From an uncultured Chryseobacterium sp. (lineage in GTDB: Bacteria; Bacteroidota; Bacteroidia; Flavobacteriales_F; PHOS-HE28), in NCBI GenBank assembly GCA_964418285.1, contig CAYQMC010000003.1:1-38218 (forward strand): a stretch of 38,218 nucleotides of DNA, given 5' to 3'. Made by a program: the position numbers and the translations under genes. Shown here piece by piece: positions 27,424 through 35,747 of the stretch. The notes beneath the pieces were generated by a model. That model made no database searches, had not been told where the DNA came from, and saw only the letters and a list, made by a program, of their open reading frames with translations. Position 1 is the stretch's first letter; each line of letters starts with the position of its first letter.

Positions 27424-28935
27424 TTAAGGCCTGAAGCTCAAAGTGACCATGGTCCGGTAGATCCGACGGTCCTCTACGGTGGCCTGTACGGCAGCGGGGT
27501 CGTATTGGTAGTACACCAACTGGCCTTGGATGTAGTTGAGCCCAAGGTCTACGCCAATGTGGTCCGTGCGGTAGCCGATCCCTCCAGCGTAGGTCTTGGT
27601 GGACTGCGCGTGGCGGCTCTGCTCCTTGCCATAGGCATCGGGCGCAATACCCCAGCCCAGGCGGTAGTACCAGTTACCATAGCGCCACTCGGTACCCACG
27701 CGCACCGCATGGACAGGCCTGAAGGCGTTCTGGATGATCTCGTTCTCCAAGGCGAAGTCGTAGTCGCTCAGGATGCGTGAGCTTGCGCGCATGCGGGAAT
27801 TGCGGTAGTCCGCATACGTGTAGTCCACGCTCACCAAGCCCCTCGACCCAGCCATGTAGGCTGCGCTAAGCACGGTGCGCCATGGCGTGTTCACCCGGTA
27901 AGCGAAGGTGCCATCCGGCGAATTGGCCGAGTAGCTGGTACGCCCAGAAGCATCGGGTGTACGGAAACCCGTGCGCATGCTCGAGCTGAAGGCTTCGTTC
28001 ATCTGCATCCACTGCGGACTGTGGAATGCGACGCCCATGCGAAAGCGCTCCGTAATGCGGCCAACGAGGCCCACCTTGATGTCGAACCCTGTTCCGGTGG
28101 CGCTCAGCTCCTCACGGTAGGTCACATCGCGTAGGTCCAAACTTTCGTCCAAGGATGTTTCGTTGTGGATGGTGGTGCGCCGGTAACGATGGCCCGCTAC
28201 GCCCAGTGCAGCACCGATGTACAGCTTGTCCAGGTAGTTGCCGGAGTAGAAGAAAGCCGTGTTGTTGGAGGCTCCAGTGGACTCTATGGTGTGGTTCTGA
28301 CCCACCTCAGAGCCGAAGGGGATGGCGCTCACATAGCGGTTCGGGATGGTGTCGCCGTTCTGGTCCAGGAAAAGGCCAGGGTCAATGCCGAAGGTCTCCC
28401 AGGCCAAGCCCGAGGTGAACGGGAAGAAGCTGCCCAGGTCGATGTCCGCACTCCCGTCCGCTTCATTCACGAAACTTTGCAGGATGGTGGAGGGAACGGC
28501 CTCCGAGTTGGCTACGCGCCTCCAGTTGTGTGTGGCCTGTCTGTCGAAAACCAGTCCGTAGGTGCTGCTGCGCCAATCACTACCATTGTCCGAAGGGTTG
28601 TTGATGGCCAGGCCAAGGCTGGTGAATGCGAAACGCGTCCGACTATCCGAAGCCCTTGCCCCGTAATGCAGGTTGGAGGCATCGTTCACCTCCACGGTTG
28701 GTGTAAGTGAGAGCTCACTGGTGCGGTACAGGCCAATGCCACCGGGGTTGATGGCCACACCGACCAGGTCCGCACCAAGCGCTCCGAAGGCATTGGCCAA
28801 GCCATTGCTCCGTGCGGTACCACCAGGCTGGAAGCTACCGATACGCAGCGCATCCTCCTCGCTTTGGGCAGCCCCTACAAGGCAGATCAGCGAAAAGTGA
28901 AGGGCCAAACCAAGGCGGGTGGTCGGTCGACACAT
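27424..28935 (-). CDS. FadL/TodX-like outer-membrane beta-barrel (503 aa)
   Basis: Internal ATG (aa 108 of track ORF) gives signal peptide MCRPTTRLGLALHFSLICLVGAAQS. The N-terminus ...GGTARSNGLANAFGALGADLVGVAINPGGIGLY resembles the FadL-family opening. Alternating aromatic and Gly strands run to the end. Confidence 0.6.
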   Translation of the reverse strand: MCRPTTRLGLALHFSLICLVGAAQSEEDALRIGSFQPGGTARSNGLANAFGALGADLVGVAINPGGIGLYRTSELSLTPTVEVNDASNLHYGARASDSRTRFAFTSLGLAINNPSDNGSDWRSSTYGLVFDRQATHNWRRVANSEAVPSTILQSFVNEADGSADIDLGSFFPFTSGLAWETFGIDPGLFLDQNGDTIPNRYVSAIPFGSEVGQNHTIESTGASNNTAFFYSGNYLDKLYIGAALGVAGHRYRRTTIHNETSLDESLDLRDVTYREELSATGTGFDIKVGLVGRITERFRMGVAFHSPQWMQMNEAFSSSMRTGFRTPDASGRTSYSANSPDGTFAYRVNTPWRTVLSAAYMAGSRGLVSVDYTYADYRNSRMRASSRILSDYDFALENEIIQNAFRPVHAVRVGTEWRYGNWYYRLGWGIAPDAYGKEQSRHAQSTKTYAGGIGYRTDHIGVDLGLNYIQGQLVYYQYDPAAVQATVEDRRIYRTMVTLSFRP

Positions 28936-28951
28936 GCTCCGGAAGGCTGGG

Positions 28952-30031
28952 TCAACGTGGGCGACCGGTCCCGGGTGAACGGCTACCACCACCACTATTC
29001 CGGCTTGGACCCATGGAGGGGCTGCTCGTACCGCGATCGAAACTGCCACCTCGGGATGGCGCACTTCGACCAGGTGTCGAGCGTTGCGGAGCGGTCCGTT
29101 GCTGGGTACCGCGATCCAATCGGGGAGTGGTGCGTGGTGCGTTCTCGTAGCGGGTATTGTTACGAGGTGAAGTGGTTCCCGGGAAGCTGCGGTCCTGATC
29201 GCGGGCTTCGGAACGTTGCACGGGTGCAGGTGAGGTGCGAGTTTTGGCTGCCTCACGCCTTAAGGGGTCCAAACTCACAGGGTCGCGCATGGGTAAGCGG
29301 GGCTGGTACGTGCTACCACCAACGCCTGTAGTGCTATTACCACCCGAGCCCATGGACGAACGGTGGCCGATGTAGGTATTGCTGGAGCCTCCGACCACCA
29401 CCGGTGCGTAGCATGTCATGCAGTTACCGTATGGCCCCCAGTAGTTGCCCATGCCCCATCCGCCGCCGAACTGGTTCATACCCCAGCCCATGCCACCCAT
29501 ACCCCATGGTTGGTTCCAGCGGTTCCAGCGATTGATGGGGTTCCAAGGGTCCCAGCGGTTCCATGGGTCCCAAGGGTCGTACCAGCCATAGGGGCTGCCC
29601 CAGCCCATACCGCCCATACCCATGCTGCCCATGCCCGAACCCCAGCCGTAACCCATGCTCATGCCCCAGCCCGGTCCGTTCCAACCGGACATGTAACCCA
29701 TGCCCATACTGCCCATGCCCATGCCCACACCCATGCCGGAACCGAATCCGAAGCGGCCATAGTTATAGTAGTGTGGGTCGTTGTAGGCCATGTCATAGTA
29801 ACTGCGCGAGGTGCCCAATTCTTGCGAAGTGCCTGCATCGAAGTAATCCTCCACCACCTCCATCTCATGCGGGTCGGGCGGTGTAAGGACGACCGAAGCG
29901 GTGGGAGGTGCCTGCGAGGGCATGAAGTAGACATCGTCATTTACCTGTGACACCGGTTGCATGGTGCCACATGAGGACAGCAACACGCCCGACACCATCA
30001 GTATTGTCATTCGTTGTGTGTGCTTCTTCAT
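28952..30031 (-). CDS. Lipoprotein with a Gly/Met/Trp-rich low-complexity core and a basic Ser/Arg/Pro/Thr-rich tail (359 aa)
   Basis: Internal ATG (aa 15 of track ORF) gives [22 protein letters not shown] (lipobox). Core includes [33 protein letters not shown]...[34 protein letters not shown]. No family recognised. Confidence 0.7.
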   Translation of the reverse strand: MKKHTQRMTILMVSGVLLSSCGTMQPVSQVNDDVYFMPSQAPPTASVVLTPPDPHEMEVVEDYFDAGTSQELGTSRSYYDMAYNDPHYYNYGRFGFGSGMGVGMGMGSMGMGYMSGWNGPGWGMSMGYGWGSGMGSMGMGGMGWGSPYGWYDPWDPWNRWDPWNPINRWNRWNQPWGMGGMGWGMNQFGGGWGMGNYWGPYGNCMTCYAPVVVGGSSNTYIGHRSSMGSGGNSTTGVGGSTYQPRLPMRDPVSLDPLRREAAKTRTSPAPVQRSEARDQDRSFPGTTSPRNNTRYENAPRTTPRLDRGTQQRTAPQRSTPGRSAPSRGGSFDRGTSSPSMGPSRNSGGGSRSPGTGRPR

Positions 30032-30082
30032 GGTCCTCTGTTGTTGTACACGGATAACGCCTGAAGGCCCCATCGGGTTGTG

Positions 30083-30090
30083 TACTTTTG
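30083..30090 (+). promoter_or_regulatory. -7 box TACTTTTG for proS
   Basis: Exact TAnnTTTG match 44 nt upstream of ATG 30135. Confidence 0.4.
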
Positions 30091-30108
30091 GCCTCCTTCG
30101 TTCAGGAA

Positions 30109-30116
30109 CAAAAATA
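30109..30116 (-). promoter_or_regulatory. -7 box TATTTTTG for the G/M/W-rich lipoprotein operon
   Basis: Plus strand reads caaaaata. 77 nt upstream of ATG 30031. Confidence 0.35.
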
Positions 30117-30134
30117 ATACCACGATACCGGGAT

Positions 30135-31604
30135 ATGGCCGATCAACTAACGACCCGTGCTGACGACTACGCACAATGGTACAATGACCTGGTCCTGAAG
30201 GCCGACCTGGCCGAGCACAGTGACGTGCGTGGTTGCATGGTGATAAAGCCCCACGGCTATGCCATTTGGGAAAAAATGCAGGCTGCCTTGGACGCCATGT
30301 TCAAGGAGACCGGCCACGTCAACGCCTACTTCCCGCTCTTCATCCCCAAGAGCTATCTGGCCAAGGAGGCCAGCCATGTGGAGGGCTTTGCCAAGGAGTG
30401 TGCCGTGGTGACGCACTACCGTTTGAAGAGCGATCCGGTGCATGGTGTCATCGTAGACCCCGATGCCAAGCTGGAAGAGGAGCTCATTGTGCGCCCCACC
30501 AGCGAGACCATCATCTGGAACACCTACCGGGGTTGGATCAAGAGCTACCGCGACCTGCCCTTGCTGATCAACCAATGGGCCAACGTGGTGCGCTGGGAAA
30601 TGCGCACACGCCTATTCTTGCGCACCGCTGAATTCCTTTGGCAGGAGGGCCATACTGCACACGCAACAAAGGAGGAGGCCGAGGAGGAAACACGGCGCAT
30701 GCTCGATGTCTATGCCAGCTTCGCGGAGCAGTGGCTCGCCATGCCCGTGATCAAGGGTGTGAAGACCGCCAGTGAGCGCTTCGCTGGTGCCGTGGATACA
30801 TACTGTATCGAAGCCATGATGCAGGATGGTAAGGCTTTGCAGGCGGGTACGTCGCACTTCCTGGGACAGAATTTTGCCAAGGCCTTCGATGTGCTATTCA
30901 CCAACAAGGAGAACCGGCAGGAGCATGTTTGGGCCACCAGCTGGGGCGTATCCACGCGTTTGATGGGCGCTCTGATCATGACCCATAGCGATGACCATGG
31001 ATTGGTGCTTCCACCAAAACTGGCGCCCGTGCAGGTCGCCATGGTGCCCATCGCCAAGAACGAGGAGCAGATGGAAGCCATTCGCGCCTATGCCGAACCG
31101 ATGCTCCAGGCCCTGCGCGCCAAGGGGATCACCGTCAAGTTCGACGACGACGACAAGCGTAAACCCGGATGGAAGTTCGCCGAATACGAGTTCAAGGGCT
31201 ATCCCGTGCGGATCGCCATCGGCCCGCGCGATATGGAGAATGGGACCGTGGAAGTGGCCCGGCGGGACACTCTGGAGAAACAAGTGATGCAGGTCGTCGA
31301 CCTTGCGGACAAGGTCGAACACCTCCTTCAGGCCATCCAGGAGAACCTCTACCAAAAGGCCCTGTCCATGCGCGAGAACAGTACGCGAGCTGTGGACACC
31401 TATGCCGACTTCAAGGAGGAGATCGAGAAGGGAGGCTTCATCCTTGCCCATTGGGATGGTACCGCCGAGACCGAGTCCCGTGTCAAGGAGGAGACCAAGG
31501 CCACCATACGCTGTATTCCTTTGGAGGGGGACTGCACACCAGGTACGTGCATGGTGACCGGAAAGCCGAGCGAGCGGCGGGTGGTCTTCGCAAGAGCATA
31601 CTGA
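30135..31604 (+). CDS. proS: Prolyl-tRNA synthetase, archaeal/eukaryote-like type
   Basis: Internal ATG (aa 59 of track ORF), [20 protein letters not shown].... Class II motifs. No bacterial-type insertion domain. Ends ...VVFARAY. Confidence 0.95.
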   Translation: MADQLTTRADDYAQWYNDLVLKADLAEHSDVRGCMVIKPHGYAIWEKMQAALDAMFKETGHVNAYFPLFIPKSYLAKEASHVEGFAKECAVVTHYRLKSDPVHGVIVDPDAKLEEELIVRPTSETIIWNTYRGWIKSYRDLPLLINQWANVVRWEMRTRLFLRTAEFLWQEGHTAHATKEEAEEETRRMLDVYASFAEQWLAMPVIKGVKTASERFAGAVDTYCIEAMMQDGKALQAGTSHFLGQNFAKAFDVLFTNKENRQEHVWATSWGVSTRLMGALIMTHSDDHGLVLPPKLAPVQVAMVPIAKNEEQMEAIRAYAEPMLQALRAKGITVKFDDDDKRKPGWKFAEYEFKGYPVRIAIGPRDMENGTVEVARRDTLEKQVMQVVDLADKVEHLLQAIQENLYQKALSMRENSTRAVDTYADFKEEIEKGGFILAHWDGTAETESRVKEETKATIRCIPLEGDCTPGTCMVTGKPSERRVVFARAY

Positions 31605-32308
31605 TGGCAGAGGACCAGGCACCCAAGGCATCCCGTGAGTCCGTGCTGCAGGTGCTGCGCACGAAATCCTGTATGAAGCAGGATGTGTTCGCCGGCACCA
31701 CCGACTTGTTCAGGATGATGAAGGAGGTGGTGCAGGAGATCGCCACGGACCTTGCGGAGCAGGTCACGCTCGCGGACGAACGGCTGGCCATCGTCCATAC
31801 TGACAAGAGCAGCACCACCTTCGAACTGAAGGTGGCAGGCGACCTCATCGTATTCAACATGCACACCAACGTCTTCAAGCTGGACGAGAGCAATTCGCTC
31901 TGGAAGTCGAGCTACCTCGAGGACGATCCCCTTCGCGGGTACTTCGGTGTCATCAACATCTACAATTTCCTCAGCGATTCAATGAAGTATGGCCGGGATC
32001 GTGACATCGGGTATCTGGTGGCACGCCTGCTCTTGAACAAGGAAGGCCACTACTTCATGCAAGGCAAGCGACGCTTGGGCTTTCTCTACAACAACCTTCA
32101 GGAGGATGTGATCGAGCGCGATCGCCTGCGGGAGATGCTGTACACGGTCATCGATCATGTTCTGGAGTTCGACCTGCTGACACCGCCCTATGACCAAGTT
32201 GAACAGGTCTCGGTGAGCGAGCTGATCCAGCTCTACGCCAACCAGCAGATGAGCACAGGTAAACGCTTGGGATTCCGCTTCCAAGCGGAACCGGAAGAAC
32301 TTGACTGA
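31604..32308 (+). CDS. Hypothetical cytoplasmic protein (234 aa), coupled to proS
   Basis: Internal ATG (aa 146 of track ORF 31169..32308), [10 protein letters not shown].... The proS TGA (31602..31604) shares one base with this ATG (TGATG). Composition looks globular. Confidence 0.7.
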   Translation: MAEDQAPKASRESVLQVLRTKSCMKQDVFAGTTDLFRMMKEVVQEIATDLAEQVTLADERLAIVHTDKSSTTFELKVAGDLIVFNMHTNVFKLDESNSLWKSSYLEDDPLRGYFGVINIYNFLSDSMKYGRDRDIGYLVARLLLNKEGHYFMQGKRRLGFLYNNLQEDVIERDRLREMLYTVIDHVLEFDLLTPPYDQVEQVSVSELIQLYANQQMSTGKRLGFRFQAEPEELD

Positions 32309-32313
32309 AGGGA

Positions 32314-32346
32314 TTTGGCCGTATGCAGGCCCTTGCATTACATTTG
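32314..32346 (+). promoter_or_regulatory. Full Bacteroidota sigma-A type promoter for tRNA-Glu: TTTG-N21-TACATTTG
   Basis: -33 TTTG at 32314..32317 and -7 TACATTTG at 32339..32346. The tRNA starts at 32385. Confidence 0.6.
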
Positions 32347-32384
32347 CGCTCCCTTAGCCCGGAAGGGTTTCGGGGATACATGAT

Positions 32385-32456
32385 GGCCCGTTCGTCTAGG
32401 GGTTAGGACGCGTCCCTTTCACGGATGAAACAGGGGTTCGATTCCCCTACGGGCTA
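32385..32456 (+). tRNA. tRNA-Glu (anticodon UUC), 72 nt, no encoded CCA
   Basis: Hand-folded cloverleaf: acceptor GGCCCGT/ACGGGCT, D arm GTCT-AGGGGTTA-GGAC, anticodon arm CGTCC-CTTTCAC-GGATG, T arm AGGGG-TTCGATT-CCCCT, discriminator A. Confidence 0.92.
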
Positions 32457-32465
32457 CACACGGAG

Positions 32466-32491
32466 GCCCCCCGCTGCGACGGGGGGCTTTT
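32466..32491 (+). terminator. Rho-independent terminator after tRNA-Glu
   Basis: 8-bp GC stem GCCCCCCG/CGGGGGGC, 6-nt loop, then TTTT. Confidence 0.7.
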
Positions 32492-32614
32492 CCGTTATAG
32501 GGTCAAGGTGCGGCGTAACCGTGGGAGCAGCCTGCACGTATCTTCGCGGATCTTACCGATCATTAGGAAAAGCCGCTCCATTCCGGGGCTGCAGATCTGC
32601 GAACCGCATTGCGC

Positions 32615-33394
32615 ATGACCATTTGGAACAAGTTTGTAGCAGGACTGGTACTTGTCCTGATGTTGGGGGGGTGTGTTGGCAAGCGCACCATCAATTACCT
32701 CAACGACCAATCCTTGACCACCGGGGCCAGCAAGCTTTTCGAGAATCGCAAGTTCGAGTACCGCATCCAGGTGAACGATGTCCTTTCGATCCGGGTGATG
32801 GGACTGGACGAGAAGACCCACCAGTTCTTCAACGTGGAGTCCATGAACGCCTTTCAAGGTGTAAGCGACGCTTCACTGTACGTGAATGGATTCTCGGTGG
32901 ATAAGAACGGCCATGTGCAACTGCCCACTGTGGGCAGGATCAAGGTGCAGGGGCTTACCGTTGGCGAGGCCCAGGAGTTGGTGCAACGCAAGATCAATGA
33001 GTATTTCACCAACGCCACCGTTATCCTGAAGATGGTCAGTTTCAGGGTGAGCGTGCTGGGTGGTGTCAGCAGGCCTGGTTCATACTTCATCTTCAACAAC
33101 CAGATCACCATCCTCGAAGCGCTCGCCATGGCCGGTGGTCCGGATGAGTTCGCCGACAAGACCCATGTGACCCTCATGCGACAGAGCGACCGGGGCGTGC
33201 AGGCCATCTACGTGGACCTCTCCAATACGCAGGTGCTCAGTTCGGAGTACTATTACCTGTTGCCGAACGATGTGGTCTACGTCCCCGTCCTCAAGGCGCG
33301 CGCCAGTCGATTGAACGTGGAGATGTTCGTGGTATTCCTTTCTGCACTGAGCACAGCTGCAGTGGTCTTCTCCATTATCCAGAACAACCAATGA
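32615..33394 (+). CDS. wza: Polysaccharide export outer-membrane lipoprotein (Wza-like)
   Basis: ATG 32615 (the track start 32609 is TTG). Lipobox LMLGGCVG. YRIQVNDVLSIRV and NGHVQLPTVGRIKVQGLTVGEAQ. Confidence 0.85.
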   Translation: MTIWNKFVAGLVLVLMLGGCVGKRTINYLNDQSLTTGASKLFENRKFEYRIQVNDVLSIRVMGLDEKTHQFFNVESMNAFQGVSDASLYVNGFSVDKNGHVQLPTVGRIKVQGLTVGEAQELVQRKINEYFTNATVILKMVSFRVSVLGGVSRPGSYFIFNNQITILEALAMAGGPDEFADKTHVTLMRQSDRGVQAIYVDLSNTQVLSSEYYYLLPNDVVYVPVLKARASRLNVEMFVVFLSALSTAAVVFSIIQNNQ

Positions 33395-35733
33395 GCGCAT
33401 CACCCGCAGGAGATACGATCGACCTGAAGGCGATCTTCAGCAAACTGTTGAGCAAATGGTGGTGGTTCGCCATCACGATCACGATCAGTCTGGGCCTTGG
33501 GTACGCTTACATCAAAGTGACACCCAAGGAATATCTGGTGCGCGCGGTCATTCTCATGAGCGAGAAAGGACGCGACAAGATCGGTAAGACCGAGGAGTTC
33601 CTGAAGGGCTCATCCTTGCTGGGAGGTAACTCGGATATCGAAGACCAGGTGGCTGTGCTCACGAGCTATTCGAACGTGACCAAGACCCTGAAGCGCTTGG
33701 ACTTCGACATCTCCTATTTCGAGACGAAGAACTACCTCACCTCCGAAAAGTTCGAGTACCCGCCATTCTTCGTCCATCTTGATACGGTGGCCGTCCAGGT
33801 CTACGGTGTACCCATCCATGTGGAGGTGGATAGGAACGCTGGCACTTATCGTGTGAAGGCCGAGGCCAAGTATGCGCCGCTCTATAACGTGCAGAAGCAG
33901 GTCGAATTGGAGGATTTCATCATCGACTATGCCGTGGACCAAGTGGCCAACATCGGGGAACCGTTCGTTGCCGAGGGCCTGAGCTTCTCCATCGAATTCC
34001 CGGAAGACCGGCAGTACGGGCCCGACATTGCGCATCACTTCACCATCAACAGCATGGACGCTTTGGTGGCCGAGTACCGGGCCAAGACCATTGCGGCTCC
34101 GGTCAGTGATGAGAGCAGCATCGTTCACGTGTCCACCGTGGGCCAGGTTGTGGCCAAGGAGAAGCTGTACATCAACAAACTGTTGGAGACCTACATCGAA
34201 AGCGAATGGTACCGCCGTCAACAGAAGGGCATCAAGACCATCAATTTCATCGAGGACCAGATCGGTATCGTGTCCGATTCGCTGCGTCGGGTGGAAACCT
34301 CGATGGAAGGCTTCCGCGGTGCGAGCGGTGGCATGATGAGCGCCACCACCACCTCCGATGCGCTTTTCCAAGAACGTAGTCGCTTGGAGCGCGAGCGGTC
34401 CATGCTGCTCAGCCGTCGCCAGTACTGCAGTTCCATCATGGAGAAGATCCGCAGCCAAAGCGACCTGCGCAATGTGCCTGCCCCATCCTCATCAGGCATC
34501 GACGATCCGGTACTGAACAACCTTGTACTGGAGATCACACGCCTTTCGGCCGAACTCGCTGCGCTCAACCTGACCACAGTGAAAAGCAACCCCACCGTGA
34601 TCGCCATGGAGCGCAAGGTGAAGAACCTTTCGGCTTCCCTTGCACAGACGGCCGAGAGCTTGGTCGATCAAGTGGACATCAGTCTGGCCGAGGTGGACAG
34701 GAACCTGTCCAAGATGAACTACCAGTTCAGTCAATTGCCCGAGAACGAGCGTAAGCTGGGTAACATCGCACGTAAATTCAAGCTGAGCGAGAGCCTCTAC
34801 AACTACCTCATGGAGAAGCAGGCCGAGGCGGGTATCGCCATCGCCAGCGACCAAGTGGACAAATACGTTGTGGATGAAGCCTTGAACGTGGGGGGCAAAG
34901 CCGTGAAACCCGCGCGCAAGATGGTGGCGATCATCGCTTTGCTCATTGGTTTGGCGATCCCCATCGCGATCATCCTTATTCGTGATTTCTTCAATGATAC
35001 GGTCACCGATATCGACCAGTTGAAGCGACTTACCCCCATTCCGGTGCTTACCACCATACCGGGCACGAAGCGCAAGCGGGTGCTCCCGGACGAACCCAAA
35101 TCACTGTTGGCCGAGTCGTTCCGTACGGCGCGCATCAACATGCAATACCTCAACCGCAATGCCCAACGACAGGTGATCGGCTTCACCAGCTCCACCAGTG
35201 GTGAAGGCAAGACCTTCTGTGCCTTGAACCTGGCTACCGTGATGGCCTTGAGCGGTAAGCGTGTTGTTCTTGTCGATGCGGACATGCGCCGTCCACGAGT
35301 GGCCGAAACCCTTGAGATGAAAGCAGAAAAGGGTTTGTCGACCTACCTGATCGGCGAATGTGGGTCGAACGAAATCATCGAGCATTCCGACATTCCGGGC
35401 CTGGACGTGATCACCGCAGGCCCCATACCCCCCAACCCCTTGGAACTGGTGGAACTCCCTGCGATGGAGGCCCTTTTCAGCGATCTGCGGACCCGCTACG
35501 ACCACGTGGTAGTGGATGCATCGCCCATGGGTCTGGTCAGCGAATACGTCATCCTGATGCGGCATGTGGACCTTACACTCTACGTAGTACGCCAAGGTCA
35601 TACCCGTCGCGGGGCGCTCCGCTTGATCAACGACATGTTCAAGGAGAAGAAGGTGGAGCGCATCGATCTGGTCCTGAACGATGTGAAGGGCGGAGCTGGC
35701 TACGGCGAAGGCTACGGCTATTACACCAAGTAA
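33391..35733 (+). CDS. wzc: Polysaccharide co-polymerase / BY-type tyrosine autokinase (Wzc-like)
   Basis: Two TM segments flank a coiled-coil periplasmic region. P-loop SSTSGEGKT, VVLVDADMRRP, DHVVVDASP. C-terminal Tyr cluster GYGEGYGYYTK. ATGA overlap with wza. Confidence 0.9.
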   Translation: MSASPAGDTIDLKAIFSKLLSKWWWFAITITISLGLGYAYIKVTPKEYLVRAVILMSEKGRDKIGKTEEFLKGSSLLGGNSDIEDQVAVLTSYSNVTKTLKRLDFDISYFETKNYLTSEKFEYPPFFVHLDTVAVQVYGVPIHVEVDRNAGTYRVKAEAKYAPLYNVQKQVELEDFIIDYAVDQVANIGEPFVAEGLSFSIEFPEDRQYGPDIAHHFTINSMDALVAEYRAKTIAAPVSDESSIVHVSTVGQVVAKEKLYINKLLETYIESEWYRRQQKGIKTINFIEDQIGIVSDSLRRVETSMEGFRGASGGMMSATTTSDALFQERSRLERERSMLLSRRQYCSSIMEKIRSQSDLRNVPAPSSSGIDDPVLNNLVLEITRLSAELAALNLTTVKSNPTVIAMERKVKNLSASLAQTAESLVDQVDISLAEVDRNLSKMNYQFSQLPENERKLGNIARKFKLSESLYNYLMEKQAEAGIAIASDQVDKYVVDEALNVGGKAVKPARKMVAIIALLIGLAIPIAIILIRDFFNDTVTDIDQLKRLTPIPVLTTIPGTKRKRVLPDEPKSLLAESFRTARINMQYLNRNAQRQVIGFTSSTSGEGKTFCALNLATVMALSGKRVVLVDADMRRPRVAETLEMKAEKGLSTYLIGECGSNEIIEHSDIPGLDVITAGPIPPNPLELVELPAMEALFSDLRTRYDHVVVDASPMGLVSEYVILMRHVDLTLYVVRQGHTRRGALRLINDMFKEKKVERIDLVLNDVKGGAGYGEGYGYYTK

Positions 35734-35747
35734 GTCCGTAGTACGGA

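Noticed and set aside
29363-29950. His/Ala/Thr/Pro-rich 195-aa plus-strand ORF opposite the G/M/W-rich lipoprotein
   Set aside because: It is a by-product of the CCCATG-type simple sequence. It has no start context or signal. The minus ORF has a lipobox and operon context.
32425-32904. 159-aa ORF starting inside tRNA-Glu
   Set aside because: It begins within the tRNA T-arm and reads through the terminator and the wza start, so it is an artefact.
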